56,220 bases of DNA from Chiloscyllium plagiosum. Its lineage: Eukaryota. A model generated the notes under the pieces. It ran no database searches. It saw only the letters and a program-made list of their open reading frames with translations, and was not told the origin of the DNA. Position 1 is the stretch's first letter, and the number at the start of each line of letters is the position of its first letter. Below are positions 12,576 to 26,032 of this stretch, one piece after another. The DNA lies in assembly GCF_004010195.1 (NCBI RefSeq), contig NC_057718.1, positions 38,751,983 to 38,808,202 on the forward strand. Reading direction: 5' to 3'. Both the position numbers and the translations under genes were made by a program.

Positions 12576-14989
12576 TGCATCCGCTGCACCCGATGTGGCC
12601 TCCTCTATATTGGGGAAACAGGCCCCTACTTGTGGAACGTTTCAGAGAACACGTCTGGGACATCCGGACCAACCAACCCAACCACCCCGTGGCTCAACAC
12701 TTCAACTCCCTCTCCCACTCCACCAAGGACATGCAGGTCCTTGGACTCCTCCATCACCAGACCTTGGATGCTGCCTGACCTGCTGTGCTTTTCCAGCAAC
12801 ACATTTCAGCTCTGATCTCCAGCATCTGCAGTCCTCACTTTCTCCTATAAAATATTATAGCTTGGACTGGAATAATTCAGCTATGAAGAGAAACTAGAAA
12901 GACTGGAGTTGTTTCCCTCAGTGCAAAGAAAGCTGAAGAAGGGGGTTTGCAGTGTACAGAGGAGCATAGAAGGGCATCCCCTTCATTGAGGGATCAACAA
13001 CAAGAAGTCACAAATGTTTACATGATGATGCGCATCTCGAACTCACTATCTAAAATATTGGTAGAGGCAGGAACCATACAACATTTAAGAAATATTTAGA
13101 TTAGTACTTGAAATGCCATAGCATAGAAGGCTACAGGCCAAGTGCTGGAAAAGAATAGATTTATGCTTCATGATGAGTGTGGACATGATGGGCTGAAGGG
13201 CCTCTTCCTGTGCAGTTATAACTCTATGACTTTGAGATCTCAGCAGTTTGCAGTATACCCTGACCATCTACAAATAGCACATATGATTATCTTTGAGAAT
13301 ATTAATAACTCTGCATGATACCACAGAGCCATTACTCCATCAGATTCTCTATCATGTAGCAACTTGAAATAGCATTGACACCAAATGATTAATATAATTT
13401 ACTATAGACAAACTCACTAACCTGCCTACTGTCAGTGAAGCTAAGGAAGCAATTTCTGTATCCAGAATTTTTTAAAAATGTGATAAGATACACAATCATA
13501 AATGCTATTGGCAATAATAAAACTGTTTGGAATGCAAAGGAAGTCACTTATCTTCTGAAAAAGTTCTACAGACTAATTTTTCAGGTTTATCCAGTTTTGA
13601 TGTAATATCTCATCTGAATGTTAACTTATTTTATCCATCAGCTTTGACTGAGCTGCTGTGCATTTTCAGAATTTTCTGTTTTTATGAGTAACATAAAGCT
13701 GCTTAATCTTTTCTTCTATTGTTTACAAAATGTCCTGAATGCCTCAGTTGGAATTTATAGTTTAATAAGATGTATCCTTTGTTTTATCATGTAATTTCCA
13801 TTGTCTTTTGTGAGCTTTACTGATGTGTTCAACCATAATACTGTTAATGACTCAAAGTAATGAAACAAAATTAAAATTTCCACGTGTACAAGGCACAATG
13901 CATTCCATTGTTAAGTGGAGAAATTGATTTACCATGGAATGAAAATATAACTCAGCAGCAACATAAAATCTTAAAATTTTTGCAAACTAGCACAGTTCAG
14001 GACATTGGGATGTATTGAGGAGCAAACAGATCATATGGAACAGTGAGAAATCAAATGCAAACTGCAAAGTTAGCATTTAACAGATATGCAATAATTAGTC
14101 GTGTGCTGTTGAGATAGTAAGCTGAACTATCAAACTGCTCTCTGTTATCTTGTGACTTGTGCAAGAGAAGGCACACATCAGTTTGACGTCATAACAAGAC
14201 TCAGCAATTGCTGCCTTCCAATGTCCAGAGTCGAGAATCGCCCACTGACAATGGGGATGTCATAGTTATGAAGCATGGCTAACTTATGTGGTACTGTTCC
14301 AATACGAATCAACAACTTCAGGAATTCAGAAGAAAAGTAGGGTACAGAATTATGCTTTTTGACTAACAGAGTAGGCTGTTAAACAAATGAGTGGAAATTT
14401 TAGTTTTTTAAAGGATGTGCATTGAAGCAAAATGTACAGTGATTTTGATATGCATTCCCTATTTTTGCATTTGGAATCTCCGAATCATCAATACAAATAA
14501 ACAAGGCCTGAAATTGAAAGATTTGCTCCCAGGATAGAATTGTTACAGGGACTGGTCAAAATAAGTAAAGACTATCAAAACGTGAAGATCTCATTTTTTT
14601 TGGTCTTTTTTTAATCGCTGAAAACCTGGGACCACTATGAATCAGGCTAACTGACTGTGAAACTTAATTTTCTGATCTGTGATCTTGCCAAATAAAATTC
14701 TGTGTCAAAGGAGATTTTTATATTATTGGTGTATTAAAATTAATATTGATCAATCACACTAGAGAAACAAGAATGAAGCATTAACTATTCAGTCCTTGCA
14801 TTCCTTACATCATTCATTTTATGTGTAAAGGGGAATTTTCTGCTATCCATTCTACATTTGCATTTTACTCATTTGAATCTGTGTCTCCTTGTTTTTCTTT
14901 TGCATTTTACATAAAACATTGTGTTTATTGTTCTTTAATTTGTATGAGATGTTAGAATAGGAATTATCATCCTTTTACATGATTGTAAT

Positions 14990-15250
14990 AGGCCCTATGG
15001 CATTATGAGAAGAAGAGCAGGGATGTTCTACCTGTGTCCTGGTTGACATATATACCTTAACCAACACCTAGGACAGATGATCATGGTTTTTATTTTATTG
15101 CTCTGTGTGGGAGCGTGCTGTGTGGAAATTGACTACCAGGATATCCCATACTAATTACAATAATGAGTACGCTTCAAAGGTATTTAATCGGTTATGCAGT
15201 GTTTTGGAATGTCCTGCAGTTATGAAAAGGGCTATATAATTTCAAGCTTT
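14990..15250 (+). mobile_element. Ancient DeuSINE-like (SacSINE/AmnSINE-related) SINE fragment
   Basis: gaagaagagcaggg...tgtcctgg...ttgctctgtgtgggagcgtgctgtgtggaaattg...cttcaaaggta...gggctatataatttcaag resembles the recalled Deu-domain SINE body and L2-like tail. Confidence 0.55.
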
Positions 15251-15269
15251 TGCTTTTGTTTCTTTAACA

Positions 15270-15860
15270 AGTATTGAGTACAGGAGTTGGGAGGTCATGT
15301 TGCGGCTGTACAGGACATTGGTTAGGCCACTGTTGGAATATTACATGCAATTCTGGTCTCCTTCCTATCGGAAAGATGTTGTAAAACTTGAAAGGGTTCA
15401 GAAAAGATTTACAAGGATGTTGCCAGGGTTGGAGGATTTGAGCTACAGGGAGAGGCTGAACAGGCTAGGGCTGTTTTCCCTGGAGCGTCGGAGGCTGAGG
15501 GGTGACGTTATAGAGGTTTAAAAAATTATGAGGGGCATGGATAGGGTAAATAGGCGAAGTTTTTTCCCTGGGGTGAGGGAGTCCAGAACTAGAGAGTATA
15601 GGTTTAGGGTGAGAGGGGAAAGATATAAAAGAGACCTAAGGGGCAACGTTTTCACACAGAGGGTGGTATGTGTATGGGATGAGCTGCCAGAGGATGTGGT
15701 GGAGGCTAGTACAATTGCAACATTTAAGAGGCATTTGGATGGGTATATGAATAGGAAGGGTTTGGAGGGATATGGGCCGGGTGCTGGCAGGTGGGACTAG
15801 ATTGGGTTGGGATATCTGGTCAGCATGGACGGGTTGGACCGAAGGGTCTCTGTGACTCTA
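15270..15860 (+). mobile_element. Young 5'-truncated CR1 LINE in a SERTAD4 intron
   Basis: ORFs 15297-15521 and 15528-15800 are one frame split by a single TAA: LYRTLVRPLLEYYMQFWSP...LERVQKRFTRMLPGL...WDELPEDVVEAS. Confidence 0.93.
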
Positions 15861-16703
15861 TAAATGCATTCTAAAATACAGAAAGACAGGAGCAAAATAC
15901 TGCTTTCTAGTATTTGTATCAACAAATACTATTTCTAACCCTCACTTAACAATTTCAGTGAGTTGAAGGCAATTTTGCCTCCTTTGAATCTTTGATACTT
16001 GAATAAGAATAACCAGAAAAGCCTGTCACTAATGCTTTATACGATCCTAGTGATGTTAGTAATGAAAATAAGGATCTCTGTGTCATCTGAAATGCCACTG
16101 CCACTATTAACAAGCATCTCACCGTATGATATATACAAACAGATCAGAGTTTAACAATATTGGATTCACCCCACGGGCATTAGTAAATAATCTTAAATTG
16201 CCCTCACTGACAATAGACATAATCGTCAAAGAACTTAGAAATAAAGTGCCTGTGTTTTGTCCCGCCTTAGTCTATGAAACAAAATAATTCAGTAGTGGTT
16301 GCGACTTCACATATTCTTTGGAATAATGTTAAACCAAAATATTAAAATTAAAAGGACAACTGCTATTGTTAGCAAGTGGAATGCCTAATAATTACATTTG
16401 TACTGAAATGTCACCCTGTTATTTGGCTTTTAAAATACCAGAAATAATTATGTTTGTTTTTAGCTCTGTAAACATATCACTACTGAAATTTTACATGTAA
16501 TTTTTCTCTCTAACTGATATATTAATAGAACATGCAAGTAAAAAATATTCTATACATATCTGAACTTAATCAGCTGTCTTGGAATGAATCCAAGGAAATA
16601 TGGGATTAACAGCATTAATTGCCAAGTCTTTTTGGATGGAGAGAAATTAAAACTTTTTAATAGATGAGGAAGTATTTAAAACATATGTAATTGCTATATT
16701 TGA

Positions 16704-16943
<240 letters not shown>

Positions 16944-17733
16944 TGAGTCTGGACATATGTTGCATCATGCTAAAATATCACACAGTTACCTGCTTTAAAA
17001 ATAATCAGAGTACTTGCGTTTGTTCTTATTATGTGTATATCAATATTGAAATTTCATGTGTGCTTTTGTCCCTTCAATCAAGATGTAAGTGGTAAAAAAA
17101 TCATTGTCATCTGAACATTTCAACATTCTTGGAATTACCCAAGGAAACAGGACATATTTGAGTCCAAATTTAATCTATTCAATTTAGCAATTGTCTTCAC
17201 CACTCCCCTTAGCTCTCCATTTTTTCGGGAAGCCAATCATGTGAGAATAGACCATGATGTGAGAATATACCATTTATTGAAGGAGAGTTTACATAGTTGC
17301 TTTCTATTATGCTTCTTTCTAATGTTCTAAAACCTGATCAGACACCATTTAGGTCAAATGGAAACAGTACTTGAGGTGGGCACATTGGTTGCCAAGAGGA
17401 CATTGTTTTGGGAAGTGGAGGGATGATTTTGGGCCTGATAACCTACCTTATGCTGAAAGCCTATTCACAGAAGCAAAATCAAATGTAACCTTTAACTATA
17501 TTTTGCAATCTTCCTTTCCACCCACTGTTGTACAAAGATGTTGTATTATAATTTATTTAGATATCCATAATTGGTTGATGCTGAATTCATGTTTGAATCC
17601 AATTAGTGACATAAACTCATCTAATAAGGAAAGACATAGAAGTTAGAGTAAACTCAGCTGATTCAGCGCTGATGCATTAGAGACAAAAATATTTGCAATA
17701 TTTTTTGCCTAATTTCTTTCTTTCTTTGTTTAG

Positions 17734-18525
<792 letters not shown>

Positions 18526-19560
18526 CATAAGTGCCCATGACAGAAGCTGCAGTTCAATCTTTATCATCATGCTGATGCACTTTATGCTATTATGGAGACA
18601 TGATCCTGAAGAAAAAAATAATCGCAGAAGAAAATAAACTTACATATTTTGGGTTTGTTTACTCAGATTGTCTATGACATCATGTTGAGAGTTTATGTAA
18701 TAGGCTGTTGTCTATACTAAAATTAAGAAAAATATGATCTAAGGTGCCTTAAATTTGTTATGACAGTGTTAAAAAGTTTGCAGGACAATACAAGTCATCT
18801 GTTGGGTTAAGCTGTATGAAGTTTTATACTATTTTCTTACATTTTAGCTTGCCACAGAATGTAAAATCCAATCCATTCAAAGCAAACATTTTTGACTTTA
18901 TTTTAAAATTCACACTTTGATAAATGTTATGTATAATTTAAATCTATTCTATGGATAATATTCTCCTGTAGTCCAACAATGGAGTGATCATTCCCAGTAG
19001 CAAGCTGCTTGAGTATTTCCATAGCAACAGATAGACTTGCAGAGAATGAATTTTGTTTTGTAAGGTCTGAGAATTGTTGGCTGACTTTGTTTCAACTACA
19101 TTCCTTTTAATTGTGATGCTCTAGTCAACTTCTGAACTCAGAAATTAATATTTTTTAAAGCTAGTTTCCTGCTATTTGCTGAAAATCCCAATCCATTATA
19201 ATGACGTAGCCATCAATGATGACAGTAGCATGATGTCTTGGTTGTAGAGATCTTCAGTTGTAACTGGATATTAAAACTGTGGGAGCAATACCTAGTACAT
19301 CAGGGGAATGGAAAATGCTCTCCATAAAACACTTGCATTCAGAATGATCGTATCCTTCATTTTTAAGGCATTTAAGCTTTTTTATTGTGACAGTGGGCAA
19401 CATTTATGTTTCCAATGCAAATTGTACATGCTTTTTTTAACAATCAAAAAAAAGGGGGTCCTTTTCCACGTGGTATGATAAATTGGTACATATTAGTGTT
19501 TTACAGTAAAGTGTGATTTACGTGTAAAATATTTATTAAACATTAGAACATCTTACACAG
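18526..19560 (+). other. SERTAD4 3' UTR with candidate poly(A) signals AATAAA 18633-18638 and ATTAAA 19535-19540
   Basis: AT-rich, with no recognisable repeats after the stop codon; TGTA motifs lie upstream of the distal hexamer. Confidence 0.55.
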
Positions 19561-19825
19561 GCTGATTAGTTTGAAATGAATTGTTCTTGGGGAAAAATGG
19601 AATACTAAGTTGGTAGCTTACAAGAAAGAATGGAAAATTATTAAGACAATCAGGTTTGCTGTTGGCCAAGTTTATGCATTAAGAAAGAGCACGATTGTTT
19701 CTTGGTAACAAATATACTTGAACAAAAGAGGAAGTACTTGCATTTATTCCTGACATAAACATTTTAAAAAAAATATCCCAAAACAACATTCTGGGTGAAA
19801 ACAATTCAGTAGGACCTGTGACTCT

Positions 19826-22800
19826 GGGTGGAATCTTACAGGGCCCGGTGAAATTTGTGGCAGAATTGCATAAGACATCCAGCAAGGCCTATCTCAACAT
19901 CAGTAGCAGCTTGCTGCATCTAATATGAATTTGTTGAGGAGCAAGGCAAGTTTCTCACAAGGCAGTGGTGAGTTGCCTATTAAAGGTGATTATAGCTTTT
20001 TAAATGCCTCTGTAATGTCTCAACTCACATCATTAATGTTCAGATTCCTATCTTACCAAGCAGCTGAACAGTGACAATTCTTAACAGAAATGTCAGAGCA
20101 GGTATTTGGCGAATTCAGGTTGCCACTGGCTGTGAGGAACCTCCATGCACCAAGCTGCATCTCCGGGTTCTATCCATGAACACTGACCAGACACACTGCA
20201 TGTCCAACATTTGCCAGTCCTTCATAGTCCTCGTTTCACTTCTTTGTTCCACTTGCAGAATGTTTAGCAAGCACACACCCCAATTGCTTTGAAAAGCTAC
20301 TGCAAGGACATTGCCTGCAGGGACAAGAACCCAGCTCACTGGTTGAACCAGGCAGCACTTGTAGGACTGTTCATTTGCCCTGTGAGCACTCATTCTCTTA
20401 GAGTATACTCGCTTGCAGTAGCTGTGCCTTGTCTTGCCTTGCCATGGCATGCCATTCCTGTTTGGCATTTTTACTCAGACACACAAAGTCTGCTTGTCAG
20501 TAGGGAATTGTCCTGGAGGAGTCTTTCTATAAGACACATGGAGATGCCAATATTATAGCTGTAGTGTGTGCCAGCTACCTGCACACTTATTCAACCAAAT
20601 GGCTGTGTCAGAAATTTGGAAAGTGGCTGGGGACTAGTCCTCAGCGTACTAAAGGAGAGGGGAGATGTTCTCTGTTAGGGGAAACCAGTACCGTCAGTCA
20701 TGTCCACACAAAATTCAGGGACGGTCATCCACTCAGGCTGCTCACAGTCAGTGGAACTGTTCAGCTACAGTCTGGGGAGTAGACAGTGGTCAGTTCTGTA
20801 GGGCCATCAGAAATGGGAAATGCGCATTGTCCTTCAGGGAGCTGCAAACACAGGGGCTTGATCAGTTATGTCTTGGAGCTGCTCATCAAACATGTCTGGG
20901 GTGGATACAGTCCTGGGGTTTTGGAAGGTTAACAAGGGCAACCTGTAGAGACAATGCAGGGGGGTGGCCACTGTCAAAGGGGGTGGATAAATCAAGGCTT
21001 TGGTTGGGAGAAAATTAGCAGTGGGGACAAGGATGGGGTTGGGGGGCTTTTTTGGAGAGACCAGCACTGGGCCTTCACAAGGAGAGTGTAGAAGAAGTGT
21101 TATTAAGTTGTAATATTGGGGTTCGGGGACATGAAGGATTAATTGGAGGTGAAGGTTAATGTGGGTTTCCACATGAGATTGGGGTGTCTGTGGACAGTCA
21201 GGCTATAATGAGGTAAAAGGGGACATGAAGGTTCTAGGAGATACCTAATGACTAAATGGAGCCTGGTGCTGACCGTGTCCACCATGAACCATGTTTCCTG
21301 CCATCATTTACCATTCTTTACTGAAATGTAACTGGAAAGTGGTTGAGACAATGCTCAGGATGGAGAAGTCAGTGTGCAAGATCTACGTCTGTAAAACTAG
21401 AATACTGAGGGGACATATACTTGAGGCATGTATTTGCATATTCCAGCTACATTTCATTTGCAATTATTCTTTCCATTTTCAATGCAGGCAGAGTGAACAT
21501 GCTTAGGCTTCCAATGCTGGACAGAGGTAGTGGAACCATACCTTCGGTGCTTGCAAATCTCACATTGTCATCTCAGTGGTGCAGAGGTTAGTGGTGACGA
21601 CTTGAAAGGAAGTGAATGCTGGTGAAAAGTGTCGCATCAGTTGTAAAGTTTTCCAGGATTCAATGAGACGAGAGGAAGGTTTCTACATCGCCTGCTATCT
21701 CAGTGTAACAATGAACTCTGTTGAATTGATTGAGATTCAATGGTTGATGTGGGTCTAGGATGAGAATGGAGTCAGAGCATTGCAGGCACATCCTTGTGGA
21801 TATAATATGGTGGTTACTAAGTTGGCATTACAGCTTAGAGCTTCTGAGATGTGGTTTTGGGTTTGAACTAGTCTGGGAGAACCCTCCAGTATAGGCTGGA
21901 TACAGTGTGTTACATGATCCTAGTGTGTTGTGCTGTTGACAATTGGAACAGGCAACAAGGCATGTGCTAGATGCTGAGGAGCTAGGGAAATGGGAGCTGT
22001 ATTCAGAGGAGGAAATTAAAGACCCTGGGGAGGGGGAAGCTTTCCTTATACATGAAAGGGCTCAGCTATATTGGGTACCACAAGCCAGAGAGGATCTGAT
22101 TGACACTCAATTCCAGTAGATGTGAGCTGGTGCAGAAGACCATCATGGATTGTCAAATAGCTGTTGATCATAATGTCATCACATAGTTAGCAGTGTGGAG
22201 TAGAACTACAGCTTTTATTCAGTTTCTTTGTGTTTGCTTTTGTTGGCTGTAAGTAAAAGCCCATGCTTGTGGGTTGACTGATCGCTTTACTGGATGTGAT
22301 GTTTCCCTAGTAGACAATGACAAGTTGTGGGTATCTATTGGGCATTGCAGTCAGACTGGAAGTGACTTCAGGAGGGTGTTTAAACAGAATGCAGCTGAGG
22401 ACAAGAAGACTGTGGTGTGGTGGTTAAACAGACACGACGGTGAGAAAATGGGATTTACGTGCAAAGGCCATGCTAGGTATGTGCTGTGAGTAGCCTGGCT
22501 TTGTGGCTGCTGTGCCATTATGCAGCTAGTGATGGGCAATGCCAGATTGTCAAGTTATCCGGGTGCACGGCAGCCTTTCAAAAATGGTGTGAGCACAAGG
22601 GATGTTGATCTTTTGGTGTATAGACACTGGATGGCGAGTTGTTCTGAGAATGACATATGATGAGATGGAGAAAGTAAGGACTGCACATGCTGTAGAGTCA
22701 GAGTCAAAAAGTGTGCTACAAAAGCACAGCAGGTCAGGCAGCATCCAAGGAGCAGGAGCGTCAACGTTTTGAGCATCAGGTCTTCATCAGAAATGGGGGG

Positions 22801-23300
22801 GGGTAGCTGGGAAGGTGATAGGTGGATACAGGTGAAGGTAATAGCGACAGATCAGTGGGGAGGGTGGAGTGGATAGGTGGGAAGGAAGATGGACAGGTAG
22901 GACTGTTTGAGAGGGCGGTACCGAGTTGGAGGGTTGGATCTGGGATGAGGTGGGGCAAGGGGAGATAAGGAAACTGGTGAAGCCAATGTTGGTTTAAGGG
23001 TCCCAAGGCGGAAGATGAGGTGTTCTTCCTCCAGTTGTTGGGTGATTTGGATTTGACAGTGGAGGAGGCCCAGGACTTGCATGCCCTTGCCAAAGTGGGA
23101 GGGAGAGTTGAAGTGGTCGGCCACAGGGCGGTGTGATTGTTTGGTGCAGAGATGTTCCCTGAAATGCCCCGCAAGCATCAGACAAAAGGGATGCCATGTG
23201 GGCCTGGGAGGTTGTTAACGAGGTATGTTTCATAAGATACAGTGAGAAATCTTGCTAGGCCTTATGGTGAAAAAGCCTCCAAATAATTCAATGCAACTCT
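19826..23300 (+). mobile_element. Decayed PIF/Harbinger element, including a transposase C-terminal relic at 21841-22119
   Basis: LL.MWFW.LN*SGRTLQYRLDTVCYMILVCCAVDNWNRQQG...AREDLIDTQFQ* parallels the HARBI1-type LLKxRFRCLDxSGGxLQY...CCxLHN...RxxLIxxxF. TIR-like gggtggaatcttac at 19826. Outer boundaries uncertain. Confidence 0.65.
22665..23180 (-). mobile_element. Penelope-like element 3' fragment (GIY-YIG end plus pLTR with degenerate hammerhead)
   Basis: HFREHL...VADHFNSPSH..MQVLGLL...LEEEHLIFRLGTL; the pLTR reads CUGAUGA...AAAACGUU. Confidence 0.85.
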
Positions 23301-24173
23301 TGCTTAGCCAAGAACCGCAAGATACAGCCTCTTGCATAAACACTAATAGGGTGTGCCAGATACAATGTGGATTTAATTCCAATCATTTTGTCCAGAGAAA
23401 AGCAAATTCCAGTGCAGATCCAGTCTTCTATGAACTTCATTCATGCTGTGTCTGAGTCATAGGGGTCTATAGTACAGAAAAAGACCCTTTGGGCCATTAA
23501 GCATGCAACAGTTAACTGAGAAACTATGTGCAGCTTGAAATGCTACTCTATTATTGTGACCAACAAATAAAGAAAACAAAACACCTTCATGAAGTGCGCA
23601 CTATATTCTCTCCTAGTTTGGAAAGGTGAAAATGTCACACCTTCAAAGTAGACTACATAGGCTGATCACAATTCAGATTTCTTCACAAATAAAATATACA
23701 GAATGTACAACATGACAGAATTTTTCAAGGTGAAGTTTACTGCATGAAGCCTTGCTGGGCAGGGGCTTCTTTCAGAGATTGTTTACTTAAAATATGTGAC
23801 TGAGTCTCCAAACCACATTCCTATCCAGAAAATTATCTTGTAAAATCTATCAAACCTAGAAAGTTACATATTTCCTGCTTAATAAGTGAAAAATTGGTGT
23901 GAATAATTTGTTCTTGGAACTTCATGTATTGGCAAAGAAATATGGCTTTGCAGTTGACAAGCAGCCTGATAACACAACAGAATTCAGACACTGGAAGAGG
24001 TGCCATATTACTTACTGTCTTTTTTCAAAGTATTTGGTCATCTACCAGAGTAGCTAAATTTATCTTTTACCAGACTGTTAACCACCTATTTTAACACTTG
24101 AAAACAACCAGTTTGAACAATTTATGTGACAATTAATAATCAAGCTATAAATAAAATGTTATTTGTTAATATT

Positions 24174-24306
24174 ATCTTTGGACTGTGGGAGGAAACCCAC
24201 ACAGAGAGAACGTGCAAATTCCACACAGACAGTTGCCAAGGCAGGAATTGAACCCAGGGCCCTGGAGTAGTGAGGCAGCAGTGCTAACCACTGAGCCACC
24301 ATGCCA
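24174..24306 (-). mobile_element. HE1-like SINE, head only
   Basis: Matches the 5' half of the other copies. Confidence 0.8.
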
Positions 24307-24754
24307 CACCAAAGGGGAAAGCAATCTTGGTGCAGATAGGGTTAAATCCTAGAAAGTGACATTATGTCAGAAACACAACATGATCTATGCTGCCTCTGAG
24401 TTTGCTTCTAGTGGGTTTGCAAGTGAACAGGGAGTCAATATTTGGTCAATATGCACCCCCTCCCCCCTCCCCACTTCAATGAGAAGATATCCCTTGAAGT
24501 GATGTGGTGACCCATCCTGTTTGTCATCTTTAATTGTCCAGTAAAATCAGAAGCAGCATGCTAGTGACAGTTCTGAGTTGAAGTGTCACAGCGAAACTTC
24601 AATGAATTGCAAATGATTCTCCAACCTGCCACCAACATCTCCACTGTGTGAGGATCTATTAGGTTGATGTTCCGATCACCATGTTTCCATTGGAAATCCT
24701 AATGGTGTTTCAGGTCATGCTGATATCATCTAAAGACACAGAAAAATATTTTTA

Positions 24755-25125
24755 AAAACTTGCACTCTTGTATAATTTTTCTCATAGTTAGCACATCCTA
24801 AAGCATCTCATAGCTAATTAATTCTTTTTAAAGTGTATTCACTGTAGCTTTGCAGGTAAGCAACATGTTCACAAGAAGATGCAACAAATAGCAATGAGAT
24901 GCATAACCAAGTAAGTCTATGTTGGTTCAGGATAAATGCGAGCAAATCTTTCACTGCAGCTTTTCTTTCTCAATTTCTTCCTGAGCAGGCTGATAGGGCC
25001 CTTGTTCAATATTTCATCTGACAATGGCACCTCCGATAATACACCTTTGCATTGAAGTGTCACCTTTGATTTGATTATGCGCCAAAGTCCTGGAATGGAG
25101 ATTAAACTGTTAGTACGACTGAGTC
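24755..25125 (-). mobile_element. Ancient DeuSINE-like SINE
   Basis: Reverse-complement similarity to 14990-15250, plus a head region. Confidence 0.5.
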
Positions 25126-25764
25126 AAACATGCAGCTACAGATATCTTGTATTTTGACATAACAGCCAGAAAAAAAGGAAGTAGCATCACTGAATCTAAC
25201 TATGTTTAAAACATCTTGATTTCAGTGATGCAGTTGCATTTAGTAATCATGCAAATACTATTTAATGTTGGTTCACCTTTCACAGAAACAGATCGGAAAT
25301 ATTTGGATGCTGACTTTTCAGCAATGTCGACATGCATGAAGTATCCAAGACTCAGTTGAGGAAATCTGTCTAGTTCTGATATTTAATTTTACTCGGTGCA
25401 TCCTCACTCTTTCAAACATAATTTTCACATGTAAGGGAAAGAGTAAAATCTTGCAATTTCCATCTCTTGCTCCTGATTTTCAAAATTCTTGCTGGCATGT
25501 AACAGTATGTAACAGTAGAGCTTGGTATCTTTTACGATTATTCGTTTCCTTTGTGGAGACAACTTGAACTCCTAATTTACATTAGTGTTGATCACTTTTC
25601 TTTGTGCTCTTCATTAAATGTTGTGTTGTTCTGGAGGGTTGGTTAGCACAGTGATAGATATACTGTTAATTGGATATTGTAACAGTAGTGGAGAAGCACA
25701 GAGCATGCTACTCTGCACACCTCCATCAAACATGCACTCATATTTCACTGTTACTGTCTTTAAT

Positions 25765-26032
25765 TCGATTTCCTACAGTGTGAAAACAGGCCCTTCGGCC
25801 CAACCAGTCCACACCGACCCTCCTGAAGAGTAACCCACCCAGACCCATCTCCCTCATGCACCAGGCAATTTAGCATAGCCAATTCACCTAACCTGCACAT
25901 CTTTGGACTGTGGAAGGAAACCCACACAGATATGGGGAGAATGTGCAAACTCCACACAGACAGACACCCAAGGCTGGAATCAAACCTGGGACTGTGAGGC
26001 TGCAGTGCTAACCACTGAGCCACCATGCTGCC
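25765..26032 (-). mobile_element. HE1-like SINE
   Basis: A box tggctcagtgg, degenerate B box, CR1-like tail. Confidence 0.85.

Larger units (their letters stand above)
11990..12845 (+). mobile_element. Penelope-like retroelement (inverted 5' pLTR, GIY-YIG remnant, 3' pLTR end) with TSD
   Basis: CIRCTRCGLLYIGET...FREH...VAQHFNS (GIY-YIG). The terminal segments are inverted copies of each other. Flanked by the direct repeat tataaaatattatagct (11977-11993 and 12846-12862). Confidence 0.88.
11700..13230 (+). mobile_element. Old CR1 LINE 3' fragment, interrupted by a Penelope-like insertion
   Basis: WQMEFNPEKCELMHFGR motif at ~11733 and a CR1 tail (ggctgaagggcct...ctctatgact) at ~13190-13230. 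Confidence 0.75.

Noticed and set aside
12106..12897. Long ORFs of 138-254 aa in the ORF track
   Set aside because: Artefacts of translating through the N gap; the real parts are Penelope remnants.
13590..13685. Additional hammerhead motif
   Set aside because: Resembles an ancient pLTR remnant, but the catalytic core is too decayed to call.
25286..25360. Possible exon of a neighbouring gene (e.g. HHAT) after ttcacag
   Set aside because: No convincing donor and no recognisable protein similarity; I found no HHAT or SYT14 exons anywhere in the window.
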